Positions 21,001 through 31,200 of a stretch of 64,000 nt of DNA are shown here, in pieces. The position numbers and the translations under genes are program-made. Source of the DNA: an uncultured Lachnospiraceae bacterium (GTDB lineage: Bacteria; Bacillota; Clostridia; Lachnospirales; Lachnospiraceae); the NCBI GenBank assembly GCA_902766955.1, contig CACXFM010000083.1, positions 5,665 to 69,664 of the forward strand. The letters run 5' to 3'. The stretch's first letter is position 1. Every line of letters begins with the position of its first letter. Below the pieces are notes generated by a model. It saw only the letters and a program-made list of their open reading frames with translations, had not been told where the DNA came from and did no database searches.

Positions 21001-21125
21001 GCCTCCTCCGTATCATTGCCGGCACTTTGCCCCATCCAGACTGTTCCGAGTACCAGGATCACGGCCAGAACAACCGTCCCGATTACTGTGGCATAGGTTG
21101 TAATGCGTCTCCTTCCTTTTTCCAC
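18033..21125 (-). CDS. Membrane hybrid histidine kinase with extracellular sensor and two receiver domains
   Basis: 2 TM segments, SHEIRTP, NAVKFT, GSSGLGL, LMDWQMP and LMDLRMP; GTG 21125 follows a GGAGG RBS. Confidence 0.93.
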   Translation of the reverse strand: MEKGRRRITTYATVIGTVVLAVILVLGTVWMGQSAGNDTEEAVHSVSLMFMDELAGRREQVVENNLQSRIRDMRAAINMMDSVTLSSPAHLQEFQASIKQMYNLEKFAFADEDGLVYTAGGTLKASDEYTFAPEEIGESLITVRNLDSDDKTVVIVLPVDIPFEGKTLKVCFMEIGMKEMLAGVSLTSGNSEATFCNIYTAAGVALSNAVLGGLAQEDNLLDAMQIAEFEDGYSYEAFREGFSSGQRGEVSFTYNGIQETLSYVPVKGTDWLLTYLIRESVISDRISSVSDGMLRRSIVQSIVTVAAMLVIFGVIIWQNKRNAALMLEKEAADVENRVKREEMEQRLKLQEKLLEEEKQRSELDNMITAMASDYRSVYHVDLDTDDAVCYRGDPDNQEQYLEGTHFPYYKVFAEYCEQHVTESYREGFMHFIDPEEIREGLAKEKILAYRYLAERNGREYYEMIRAVGVRTARERADDRVHAVGIGFTVIDAEMRETMAQQRALSDALAGAEQASKAKTAFLSSMSHEIRTPMNAIIGLGNIAMNVPDTPPKTIEYLEKMEASAEHLLGLINDILDMSRIESGRMTLRNEEFSFRKLLEAINVMFSSQCQDKGLGYHCRIVNEVDDYYIGDNMKLRQVLINILGNAVKFTPEGGNVELLVERRARFGGKTTLMFTVSDTGIGMSPEFLPHIFDSFAQEDATNTNKYGSSGLGLAITKNIVEMMNGTIRVESEKGKGSTFEVTVTLTDSSREPDKEEAEETVHPDDMTVLVVDDDPIACEHAQVVLGKAGIACETALSGRDALEMVKLRHARMEPYNLILMDWQMPEMDGVETTRQIREETGDESAIIILTAYRWDDILEEAIRAGVDSFISKPLFAAPVIEEFKAARKRRAPEKTEEKEKAELSGKRVLLAEDVQINAEIIIMLLEARGVETEHAENGKIVTEMFAGHPEGYYDAILMDLRMPEMDGLEATRVIRAMDRADAGEIPIIALTANAFDEDVQRSLQAGLNAHLSKPIQPEILYETLENLIRA

Positions 21126-21257
21126 TTCCCGCAGGCCTCCTTCGCTGAAATCCGCATACCGAACATGCGGTCTCTCAAAAACCACGTGTGTTATATTTTA
21201 CCACTGTCCGCCTTTTCCGAAAAGGAGGAAGGGCTCGCGGATGAAAGGCAGCGAAAG

Positions 21258-21300
21258 CAAAACTCCCCTTTTAACAGACAAATCTGCTCAAAGGGGAGTC
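21258..21300 (-). terminator. Intrinsic terminator at the end of the nitrogen cluster
   Basis: Minus strand ACTCCCCTTT...AAAGGGGAGT followed by TTT. Confidence 0.65.
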
Positions 21301-21328
21301 TTTCACATATATCTGTTCCGGCGCCCGC

Positions 21329-21916
21329 TTATTCCAGCTCGTCCAGAACCGCTTCGGCCGCCTTTCTCCTGGAGATTCCGTGGTCCATGGCCATTTTGCC
21401 GATGAAGCGGTGGGCGTCGTCCTCGGTCATCCTTTTCTTTTCGACGAGCAGAAGCTTGGCCCTGCTGACAATCCTGACTTCCTCCGTTTTTTCGGCGGCG
21501 GACTGGAGCTGCTTCTCGAGCTTCCGCACCCGCCTCCTTGCAGCCGCAAGAAACCGGACCGCCATATCGATCCGGTTCTGCGGATCGGCCTTTGAGATCA
21601 CGAGGATCCCGTAATCTGTCACGTTCTCGAGCACCGCTTCATAGATTTCGGCCGGCACGGCAAGCAAAACGGAAGCGTTTCGGTTCTCCGCCACGTCCTC
21701 CGCAAACTCATGGCCGAATTCATCCGTGAGGGGGCAGTTGACGACGACGATATCATAGCTTTTCTCCAGAACACACCTTCTCGCCGCAGCGGCGTTTTTG
21801 CGGAAATCAATGGTCCCGAATCCTCTTCCGGACAGGGCTCTCAGGACAATCGCATCAAACTTCTCCGAACCGGACACGATCAGGATGGCGTATGGTCTGT
21901 CATATTCGCGCGGCAT
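21329..21916 (-). CDS. ANTAR-domain RNA-binding antiterminator with pseudo-receiver (AmiR/NasT/NitR-like)
   Basis: IVSRAKLLLVEKKRMTEDDAHRFIGKMAMD ANTAR motif; receiver fold with ILIVSGS and DIVVVN in place of the acidic residues. Confidence 0.9.
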   Translation of the reverse strand: MPREYDRPYAILIVSGSEKFDAIVLRALSGRGFGTIDFRKNAAAARRCVLEKSYDIVVVNCPLTDEFGHEFAEDVAENRNASVLLAVPAEIYEAVLENVTDYGILVISKADPQNRIDMAVRFLAAARRRVRKLEKQLQSAAEKTEEVRIVSRAKLLLVEKKRMTEDDAHRFIGKMAMDHGISRRKAAEAVLDELE

Positions 21917-21928
21917 AACCCCCTCCCG

Positions 21929-23104
21929 TCATTTTTTCATATACTTTCTGATCAGCTCTTCCGGTATGATGTCCCTGATGAAAGCGCTCTCACACGCCAG
22001 TTTTCCGGCCTCTTTCCTTGACCCGGGCAGGGAGACGCTGTCCTCTGTCATTTCATCGGGAAGCGCAAGCTTTCCCTCGATTCCCTCCAGTCCCGCACAG
22101 ATCAGGAGGGCGTATACCAGATACGGATTGCCGGATGCGTCCGGCGAGCGGAGCTCCGCCCGTGTTCGGCCCATACGGGACTCTATATACATCAGTTCGG
22201 ATCTGCCGTCGGAGGACCAGTTGACCTTGTCCGGTGCCACGTCGTTGCCCAGCCGCCCGTAAGATGCATCCGTCGGGTTCAGGAACAGGGTCATTTCCCG
22301 GATTCTCTTGAGAATGCCCGCGGCGGCATACGCGGCCACGTCATTGCCCTCCCGGTCTGCGGCGTAAATATTGATATGATATCCGTTTCCCGGCTCATCC
22401 GGAAGGGGAAGGGGCGAGAAGTCAGCCACGAGGCCGTATCTGTCCGCCATGGTACTGACAACCATTTTAAAAGTGGTCATCTGGTCCGCCGCCTTCAGCG
22501 GTTTGCCGTAGTGAAAATCGATCTCATTCTGCCCGGGCCCGCTCTCGTGGTGGGAACGCTCGGGCGTGAGGCCCATGCGCTCCATGGTCAGGCAGATCTC
22601 CCGCCGGATGTTTTCGCACCTGTCGGCCGGCGCGATATCCATATACCCGGCCGAATCATAGGGGATTCTGGTCGGATTGCCGTCCTCGTCCTTCTTAAAT
22701 AGATAAAATTCCATCTCATTTCCGAAGCGGAATTCGATCCCTGCTTCTTCCGCCTTCTTTACGGCTTTTTTGAGAATGGCTCTCGTATCGGCGCAGTACT
22801 CCTCTCCGTCCGGCGTCACGACGTCGCAGAACATCCGCAGCACCCTGCCGCTGTCCGGCCTCCAGGGGAGCTGGGCCAGCGTCGAGGAATCCGGCTTCAG
22901 GTAGAGGAGCGCATGGGGGCACTCTTCAAAGCCCGGAATCACCCTGGCATTGACCGGAATCCCGTATTCAAACGCCTTCTTGATCTCTCCCGGCATGACC
23001 GAAATATTTTTCTGGACCCCGTAGGCGTCCCGGAAGGCCAGCCGGATAAACTTCGCATCTTCTTCCTCGATATACTTCAGCACTTCATCAACCGTATATT
23101 TCAT
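21929..23104 (-). CDS. Glutamine synthetase type I-like protein, catalytically degenerate
   Basis: [21 protein letters not shown] and [12 protein letters not shown] retained; FDGSS, GYEAP and LIRI motifs altered; 391 aa; start overlaps the pyrG stop (ATGA). Confidence 0.85.
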   Translation of the reverse strand: MKYTVDEVLKYIEEEDAKFIRLAFRDAYGVQKNISVMPGEIKKAFEYGIPVNARVIPGFEECPHALLYLKPDSSTLAQLPWRPDSGRVLRMFCDVVTPDGEEYCADTRAILKKAVKKAEEAGIEFRFGNEMEFYLFKKDEDGNPTRIPYDSAGYMDIAPADRCENIRREICLTMERMGLTPERSHHESGPGQNEIDFHYGKPLKAADQMTTFKMVVSTMADRYGLVADFSPLPLPDEPGNGYHINIYAADREGNDVAAYAAAGILKRIREMTLFLNPTDASYGRLGNDVAPDKVNWSSDGRSELMYIESRMGRTRAELRSPDASGNPYLVYALLICAGLEGIEGKLALPDEMTEDSVSLPGSRKEAGKLACESAFIRDIIPEELIRKYMKK

Positions 23105-24705
23105 AGATCTCTCCTGTTAAGCGACGCCTCCACAAACTTTCTGAAGAGCGGGTGCGGTCTGTTTGGCCGGGACTTGAACTCGGGATGGAACTGTACCCCG
23201 ACATAGAAAGGATGATTCGGCACCTCCACGGCCTCCACCAGCCTGCCGTCCGGAGAAACGCCGGAAATCTCAAGCCCCGCTTCGTTGAGTATATCACGAA
23301 ACTCATTATTAAACTCATATCTGTGGCGGTGCCGCTCACTGATTTTCTCACAGCCGTAGCACTCCGCCATGCATGTGTGCGGCCGGATCATGCAGGGCCA
23401 GCTTCCCAGTCTCAGGGTCCCTCCCTTGTCGACCTCATCCGACTGGTCAGGCATGAAGTCAATCACTTTGCTGCCCGTTCCCTCATAAAATTCGCCGGAG
23501 CAGGCGTCGGCGATCCCCGCCTCATGCAGGGCAAATTCGATGACCGCGATCTGCATGCCGAGGCAGATGCCCAGGAACGGGATTTTCTCCGTCCTGGCAT
23601 ACTTCGCCGCCAGGATCATTCCCTCCGTCCCCCTCACGCCGAAGCCGCCCGGCACCAGGATTCCGCCGGCATGTCCGAGCTTTTCACGGCAGTTCTCCTC
23701 CGTCAGCTCTTCCGAGTTGACCCAGTCGATCCGGACATGCGCATTCAAAGCGAAGCCCGCGTGCGACAGGGCCTCGGCGACGGAGAGATAGGCGTCATGC
23801 AGCTGTACGTATTTCCCGACCAGGGCGATCGTGACCTCCCGGTCTCTCCCGGCAATCCGGCTGACCAGGTTTTTCCACTCCTCCAGATCGGGCGGCGGCG
23901 CCTCAATGCCGAGTTCCCTGCAGACGACGCCGGAAAAATTCGATGCCTCCAGCATCAGGGGCGCCTCGTACAGATTGCCCAGCGTGCGGTTTTCGATGAC
24001 GCAGTCCTCCCTGACATTGCAGAACATGGAGATTTTCCGGAAGATTCCCTCCTCCAGCGGTTCATCGCAGCGGAGAACGATGATGTCCGGCGCGATCCCC
24101 ATCCCCTGCAGTTCCTTGACGGAATGCTGTGTGGGTTTCGACTTGTGTTCGCCGGATCCGTGCAGATAGGGCACCAGCGTGACATGAATAAAAAGGCTGT
24201 TCTCCCTGCCGCATTCCAGGGAAATCTGCCTCACCGCCTCCAGAAACGGCTGGGATTCGATGTCCCCGATGGTTCCGCCAATCTCCGTGATGACGACGTC
24301 CGCGTCCGTCTCGGCTCCTGCCCGGTAGACAAAGCGCTTGATCTCATCCGTGATGTGCGGAATGACCTGGACGGTGGAGCCCAGATACTCCCCCCTGCGC
24401 TCCTTGTTGAGGACATTCCAGTACACCTTCCCCGAGGTCAGATTGGAATACCTGGTCAGGTTTTCGTCCATAAACCGCTCGTAGTGGCCGAGATCGAGAT
24501 CCGTCTCCGCGCCGTCCTCCGTCACATACACTTCTCCGTGCTGATAAGGGCTCATCGTGCCGGGATCCACATTGATATAGGGATCCAGTTTCTGGGCGGC
24601 GACCTTCAGCCCCCTTGCCTTCAGAAGTCTCCCGAGAGACGCCGCCGTGATGCCTTTCCCGAGGCCCGAGACCACGCCGCCGGTCACAAATATATATTTT
24701 GTCAT
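23101..24705 (-). CDS. pyrG: CTP synthase
   Basis: [54 protein letters not shown]. Confidence 0.97.
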   Translation of the reverse strand: MTKYIFVTGGVVSGLGKGITAASLGRLLKARGLKVAAQKLDPYINVDPGTMSPYQHGEVYVTEDGAETDLDLGHYERFMDENLTRYSNLTSGKVYWNVLNKERRGEYLGSTVQVIPHITDEIKRFVYRAGAETDADVVITEIGGTIGDIESQPFLEAVRQISLECGRENSLFIHVTLVPYLHGSGEHKSKPTQHSVKELQGMGIAPDIIVLRCDEPLEEGIFRKISMFCNVREDCVIENRTLGNLYEAPLMLEASNFSGVVCRELGIEAPPPDLEEWKNLVSRIAGRDREVTIALVGKYVQLHDAYLSVAEALSHAGFALNAHVRIDWVNSEELTEENCREKLGHAGGILVPGGFGVRGTEGMILAAKYARTEKIPFLGICLGMQIAVIEFALHEAGIADACSGEFYEGTGSKVIDFMPDQSDEVDKGGTLRLGSWPCMIRPHTCMAECYGCEKISERHRHRYEFNNEFRDILNEAGLEISGVSPDGRLVEAVEVPNHPFYVGVQFHPEFKSRPNRPHPLFRKFVEASLNRRDL

Positions 24706-24749
24706 AATCCTCCGTTTCCGCCGTGTCTTTAAACGCGGCAGCGTTTTTC

Positions 24750-26618
24750 TCACTCTACGGTTACGCTCTTGGCCAGGTTGCGGGGCTTGTCCACGTCCAG
24801 CCCTCTGGACACACTGACATAATATCCGAGCAGCTGCAGCGGGATCACCGCCGGGATGCCCGAAAAATGTTCCTCCGTCTCCGGGACGTAAATCAGGTCG
24901 TCCATGAGAGATTCCGCAGGCGATTCCTCAAAGCTCGTGACGCCCATGAGAAAGGCTCCTCTCGCCTTGCATTCCGCCAGATTGCTCAGCGTCTTCTCCA
25001 TCAGCCTTTTCTGTGTGAGCACGCCGATCATCAGCGTGTTGTCCTCGAGGAGGCTGATCGTTCCGTGCTTCAGTTCCCCGGCGGCATACGCCTCGCTGTG
25101 AATATAACTGATTTCCTTCAGTTTCAGGCTGCCCTCGAGGCAGGCCGCATAGTCGGCCCCTCTCCCGATAAAGAATGCATCCGTGACGCCGACGAACCGG
25201 GAGGCGAAGCGCTGCAGCGGCTCCTTGTTTTCAAGACACTTTTCCGCTTTTTCCGGCAGCGCCTCAAGTTCCCCGATATAAGCGCGGTACGTCTCTTCGC
25301 TGATTTTCCCGCGCACATACGCAAACTGCACGGCCAGTGCATACATGACCATCAGCTGGGCCGTAAAAGCCTTGGTCGTCGCCACCGCGATTTCCGGGCC
25401 GGCCATCGTGTAGAGCACATGGTCCGCCTCTCTGGCGATCCCGGATCCTCTTACGTTGACGAGTCCCACCGTTCGCATCCCCTTCTTTCTCGCGATCCGG
25501 ACCGCTTCCAGCGTGTCCGCCGTCTCTCCGGACTGGGAGATGGCGATCAGCAGCGCATTCCTGCCCGGCAGGAGCTTCCGGTAGCGGAATTCGGAAGCCA
25601 GCTCCACCCGGACCGGGATCTCCGCCAGATCCTCGATGGTATACTGGGCCGCCATCCCGGCGTGCCAGGCGGAACCGCAGGCCACGATGTGGATGGTTTC
25701 CGTATTTTTCAGCAGATCCCGTGTGAGCCCGGCCTCCGAGAAGTCCAGTCCGCCGTCCTTCAGATAATGGTGCAGGGTCGCCTCCAGCGCGCCGGGCTGC
25801 TCATGGATCTCCTTCATCATGAAATGCTCGTAGCCGTTTTTTTCGGCCGCTTTCGCGTCCCAGGTGATCTCCGTCTCCGGGATCGAAATCTCGTCCCCGT
25901 TCAGGTCAAAGAAATGAATTTCACCGGGCAGAATCCGCGCCGCCTGATAGTTTCCGATGTAATACACCCTGCGGGTATAATTCAGAATGGCCGGCACGTC
26001 GGAGGCCAGGAAGGAGCCGCTGTCCGACTTCCCGATGATCATGGGGCTGTCCTTTCTGGCCGCATAGATTTCTCCCGGATAATCCCGGAACATCAGGGCC
26101 AGCGCGTAGCTGCCGCGCACGCGCACCATCATGCGGTTGATGGCGTCGATCGGTCCGATCCCGTATTTCTTCAGATAATAATCGACCAGCTTGATGGCGA
26201 TCTCCGTATCCGTGTCGCTGTAGAAGACGTAGCCGTGCCGCAGGAGTTTCTCCTTCAGCTCTTCCTGGTTTTCGATGATCCCGTTGTGAACGCCCACGAC
26301 GGCGGAGGCGGCTTCTGCATAAGCCCCCTCCGGATCACTCCCGCTGACGTGCGGATGCGCGTTTTTTTCATTGGGCTCGCCGTGGGTCGCCCACCGGGTA
26401 TGCCCGATCCCGCAGAAACCGGGGAGCGTTTTCCCCTGCTCTGTTTTCTCCTCCAGATTCTTCAGCCGCCCGGTGGCCTTGACCACCCTGATCGCGCCGT
26501 CTTCGCTAAGGACAGCCATCCCGGAGGAATCATAGCCCCTGTATTCCAGCTTCGTGAGCCCCTGCAGAAGGATGCCCGCAGCTTCCTGCTCCCCCGTATA
26601 TCCGACAATTCCGCACAT
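24750..26618 (-). CDS. glmS: Glutamine--fructose-6-phosphate aminotransferase
   Basis: [43 protein letters not shown]. Confidence 0.97.
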   Translation of the reverse strand: MCGIVGYTGEQEAAGILLQGLTKLEYRGYDSSGMAVLSEDGAIRVVKATGRLKNLEEKTEQGKTLPGFCGIGHTRWATHGEPNEKNAHPHVSGSDPEGAYAEAASAVVGVHNGIIENQEELKEKLLRHGYVFYSDTDTEIAIKLVDYYLKKYGIGPIDAINRMMVRVRGSYALALMFRDYPGEIYAARKDSPMIIGKSDSGSFLASDVPAILNYTRRVYYIGNYQAARILPGEIHFFDLNGDEISIPETEITWDAKAAEKNGYEHFMMKEIHEQPGALEATLHHYLKDGGLDFSEAGLTRDLLKNTETIHIVACGSAWHAGMAAQYTIEDLAEIPVRVELASEFRYRKLLPGRNALLIAISQSGETADTLEAVRIARKKGMRTVGLVNVRGSGIAREADHVLYTMAGPEIAVATTKAFTAQLMVMYALAVQFAYVRGKISEETYRAYIGELEALPEKAEKCLENKEPLQRFASRFVGVTDAFFIGRGADYAACLEGSLKLKEISYIHSEAYAAGELKHGTISLLEDNTLMIGVLTQKRLMEKTLSNLAECKARGAFLMGVTSFEESPAESLMDDLIYVPETEEHFSGIPAVIPLQLLGYYVSVSRGLDVDKPRNLAKSVTVE

Positions 26619-26746
26619 GTATGCCTCTCCTTTTAATCATTCATAATGCCGCGGATTGCTCCGTTTCTTCGAAACTCCCGCAATCCTCCGAAGATCATGC
26701 CTTGATTCATGCAAGCATGATCAGTCATGATCTTTTGACCCTGGCA

Positions 26747-28231
26747 TTACAGATTCGTATATCCCATCAGATCCCTGTCCACTTCTTTCGCCGCGTTCCG
26801 GCCCTCATTGATCGCCCGCACGACCAGCGACTGCCCGATATGCATATCGCCCGCCGCATAGACACCCTTCCTCGTCGAGGCGTGCCCGCCCGGCGCGGTC
26901 TTCACGTTTGTCCGCCCGTCCGTCTCCACGCCGAAGCCGTCCGTCACATACTGCTCGCTTCCCAGGAAGCCGGCGGCGATCAGCACAAGCTGCGCGGGCA
27001 CCTTCCGCTCGGTTCCCTCAAGCGGGACCATCTGCATCCTTCCAGTCGTTTCATCCCGCTTCGGGGACAGGGAGATGAGCACCGCTTCTTTCAGCCTGCC
27101 TTTTTTATCCTTTATAAATTCCTTTACGGTCGTCTGATACACGCGCGGATCCGAACCGAAGTGCCAGATCGCCTCCTCCTGGCCGTAATCCGTCTTCAGG
27201 ATTCTCGGCCACTCGGGCCACGGATTCGACGGAAGCCTTGATGCGGGCGGCTCGGGCATCATCTCCAGCTGGGTGACGCTCTTTGCCCCCAGCCGGATAC
27301 AGGTGCCGACGCAGTCGTTTCCCGTATCGCCGCCTCCGATCACAATGACGTCCTTATCTTTCGCCAGTTCTTCCGGATATGTCTCAAAATGGCAGTCAAG
27401 CAGGCGCTTCGTCACATTTCCCAGGAAATCGACGGCGAAGAAGATTCCCTCCGCGTCCCGTCCGGGCGCGCTGATATCTCTCGGGTGAGAGGCGCCGCAG
27501 GCGAGAATGACGCTGTCATATTCTTTCATCAAACCGGCGGCATCCACGTCTCTGCCCACGTCCGCATTGACGACAAAGCGGACGCCCGCCTCTTCCATCA
27601 GAGCGATTCTCCGGTCAATCAGGGATTTGTCCAGCTTCATGTTGGGAATCCCGTAGCGGAGCAGGCCCCCGATCCGGTCGCGTCTCTCGTAGACCGTCAC
27701 CTCATGGCCTCTCCTGTTTAAGAGCTGGGCCGCGGCAAGCCCCGACGGTCCGCTGCCCACGACGGCCACCCTTTTTCCGGTCCGGACGGCGGGCGCTGCC
27801 TCTTCCACGAGACCGTGGGCATACGCATACTCGATCACGGCTTTCTCGTTCTCCTTGGTGGAGACCGGGGCGTCGTGCACGCCGCATGTGCAGGCCGCTT
27901 CACAAAGGGCCGGACAGACCCGGCTGGTAAATTCCGGGAAGCTGTGTGTGACCATAAGCCTCCGGTACGCTTCCGCCATCCTCCCCCTGTACACCAGATC
28001 GTTGATCTCCGGCACCAGGTTCCGCAGCGGGCATCCGGAGGCCATCCCGGCAATCATCACGCCTCCCTGGCAGAAGGGAATCCCGCAGTCCATGCATCTG
28101 GCGGCCTGCTCTCTCTGCCGCGCCGGAGGGAGCTGCATATGAAATTCCCTGAAATCCGCCGTCCGCTCGGCCTCCGGCCTGACCGGGCCGTCTTTTCTCT
28201 CATATTCCAGAAAACCTGTTGGCTTGCCCAT
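26747..28231 (-). CDS. gltD: Glutamate synthase small subunit
   Basis: MGKPTGFLEY, RCMDCGIPFC, GSGPSGLAAA, GGGDTGNDC, GQSLVVRAINEGR. Confidence 0.96.
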   Translation of the reverse strand: MGKPTGFLEYERKDGPVRPEAERTADFREFHMQLPPARQREQAARCMDCGIPFCQGGVMIAGMASGCPLRNLVPEINDLVYRGRMAEAYRRLMVTHSFPEFTSRVCPALCEAACTCGVHDAPVSTKENEKAVIEYAYAHGLVEEAAPAVRTGKRVAVVGSGPSGLAAAQLLNRRGHEVTVYERRDRIGGLLRYGIPNMKLDKSLIDRRIALMEEAGVRFVVNADVGRDVDAAGLMKEYDSVILACGASHPRDISAPGRDAEGIFFAVDFLGNVTKRLLDCHFETYPEELAKDKDVIVIGGGDTGNDCVGTCIRLGAKSVTQLEMMPEPPASRLPSNPWPEWPRILKTDYGQEEAIWHFGSDPRVYQTTVKEFIKDKKGRLKEAVLISLSPKRDETTGRMQMVPLEGTERKVPAQLVLIAAGFLGSEQYVTDGFGVETDGRTNVKTAPGGHASTRKGVYAAGDMHIGQSLVVRAINEGRNAAKEVDRDLMGYTNL

Positions 28232-28244
28232 GTCCGCTCCTCCC

Positions 28245-31200
28245 TTAATCTCTGTTCTCACCGATAAACTTCCGGAATGCCTCGATCATCGCCGTCTCTC
28301 TTCCTGCTCCCTTTTCCTCGCCAAGTGCGGTCAGTCTGAGGATCTCCTTATAATCCGTCGGTATGATTTTCTTGAAATGCGGGACCATCTCCCCGAAACG
28401 CGCGAGCAGTTCGCGCCCTTTCCGGGACCCCGTATATTTCACGTGGTTCTCGATAATGCTCTTCAGCTCATCCCGGTCCGCCCGTGTCTCCACGTTCTCC
28501 ATTCTGACCAGCTGTTTATTGAGATTTCTGTACAGGCGGTTGTCCTCGTCGAGGACATAGGCGATCCCGCCGCTCATGCCGGCCGCGAAGTTCTTGCCTG
28601 TTGTGCCCAGGACCACGACCCGTCCGCCGGTCATATACTCGCAGCCGTGCTCTCCGACGCCCTCCACGCAGGCAGTCGCACCTGAGTTCCGCACGCAGAA
28701 GCGCTCCCCTGCCATGCCGGCTATATAGGCCTCTCCGGATGTCGCCCCGTAGAGAGCCACATTTCCGACAATGATATTGTTCCCGGGATCATAGTTCGCT
28801 TCTTCCGGGGCGCGGACAATCAGTTTTCCTCCCGACAGCCCCTTGCCGAAGTAATCATTGCTGTCACCGCTTAAAGACAGCGTCAGTCCGGACGGAATAA
28901 ACGCGCCGAAGCTCTGGCCTCCTGCGCCCGCACAGTGCACGGTAATCGTGTCATCCGGCAGGCCTTCCGGATGCTTCCTCGTGATTTCCGCCCCGAGAAG
29001 AGTCCCGAAGGTCCGGTCTGTATTCCCGACCGTCACGGAGAGCTCCGATTGTTTCCCCGTTAAGAGCGATTGTCTGACCGCTTCGGACGCAAGCAGAAGC
29101 TTCTCGTCCTTTGTCTCCCCGAGACGGAAATCGTACGCATTTTCCTGATGGAATACGGCCCTCATCCTGTCTGTCCCGGACATATCCAGCAGAATTCCGG
29201 ACAGATCCATTTTTTTCTGCTTCTCCGACAGGTCGTCCCGCACCTTCAGGAGGTCCGTTCTGCCCACCAGCTCTTCCACCGAGCGGACACCCAGGGAAGC
29301 CATAATTTCGCGGAGCTGCCTCGCAATGAAGAGCATGAAGTTCTCCACGTATTCCGGCTTACCCGAAAATCTCTTCCGAAGCTCCGGATTCTGGGTCGCC
29401 ACGCCCATCGGGCATGTATCCGACTGGCAGACTCTCATCATGACACAGCCCATTGTGATCAGCGGGGCTGTCGCAAAACCGAATTCCTCAGCTCCGAGAA
29501 TGGCGGCAATCGCAACATCCCTGCCGCTCATAAGCTTGCCGTCGGTCTCAATGACGACCCGGTTTCTGAGACCGTTTGCAACAAGTGTCTGGTGAGTCTC
29601 TGAAAGTCCGAGCTCCCATGGCAGCCCCGCATTGTGAATCGACGACAGGGGCGCCGCACCCGTCCCTCCGTCATAACCGGAGATCAGGATCACGCCCGCT
29701 CCGGCCTTGGCCACGCCGGCTGCCACGGTGCCGACGCCGGCCTCCGACACGAGCTTGACAGAGATGCGGGCATTTTTGTTGGCGTTCTTCAGATCGTAGA
29801 TCAGCTGGGCCAGGTCCTCGATCGAATAAATATCATGGTGGGGCGGGGGCGAAATCAGACTGACGCCCGGCGTGGAATGTCTGGTCTTTGCAATCCACGG
29901 ATAGACCTTCCTGCCCGGGAGATGACCGCCTTCTCCCGGCTTTGCGCCCTGGGCCATCTTGATCTGGATCTCCTTCGCGCTCACCAGATAGCGGCTGGTC
30001 ACGCCGAACCTCGCGCTGGCCACCTGCTTGATGGCGGAGCTCCTGTCATTTTCAGTTCCTGCCGAAAGAATTCTCTCTTCGCTCTCGCCGCCCTCACCGC
30101 TGTTGGACTTGCCGTGCAGATGATTCATGGCGATGGCCAGCGTCTGATGGGCCTCCTCCGAGATGGAGCCGTAGGACATGGCACCGGTCTTGAAGCGCCT
30201 GACGATGAACGCCTCGCCTTCCACTTCCGCGAGCGGCACGCCCTCCTCCGGAAGTCGGAACTCCATCAGGCTACGCAGATACCCCGTATTTTCTTCGTCG
30301 ACCATACGGGTATACTCTTTGAACTTTTCGTAGTCGCCTTCCCTTGTCGCCTTCTGGAGCATGTGAATAGTCCTCGGATTGTACCGGTGTTTTTCGCCCT
30401 GGCTCCTGGACTTATGTCTCCCGGCCGCCGTCAGCTCCAGATTGACGGGAAGACCAAGCGGATCGAAGGCCCGGCTGTGCTGCTCGTCATATGCCCTGCC
30501 GATGTCCTCCAGCGTGATGCCGCCCACCCGGCTGACCGTGCCTGAAAAATAATTGCGGATCACGTCGTCAGAGATCCCGATCGCCTCAAAGATTTTGCTG
30601 CCCTGGTAGGACTGAATCGTGGAGATGCCCATCTTGGACGCGATCTTGACAATCCCGAAGAGGACAGCCCGGTCATAATCCTCCACGGCGGCATAATAGT
30701 CCTTATCCAGCAGCTCCTCCTCCGCGAGTTCCGCGATCGTCGCGTGCGCGAGGTAGGGATTCACGGCGGACGCACCGTATCCGAGAAGGGTGGCAAAATG
30801 GTGAACCTCCCGCGGTTCGCCCGATTCCAGAATCACGGACATGGCAGTGCATTTCCTCGTGTCGACCAGATGCTTGTGAACGGCCGCGACGGCCAGCAGG
30901 GACGGAAGGGCCACATGGTTCTCATCCACGCCGCGGTCGGAGAGAATCAGGATATTGGTTCCCTGGCGGTAAGCTCTGTCCACCTCCACGGCCAGGTGCT
31001 TCAGCACCCGCTCCATCGGAGTGCCTTTATAAAAGAGAGTGGACACTTTGGCCACTTTGAACCCGTCCTTTTTCAGACTCTCGATCTTCAACAGATCCAG
31101 ATCACTTAAGATCGGATTCTCAATTTTGAGTACATGGCAGTTTTCCGGCTTTTCCTCCAGCAGGTTTCCGTTCTTACCCACGTAGACCGTTCTCGACGTC

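Noticed and set aside
26619-26746. glmS ribozyme upstream of glmS
   Set aside because: The conserved AGCGCC...GACGAG core was not found; an Rfam scan would settle it
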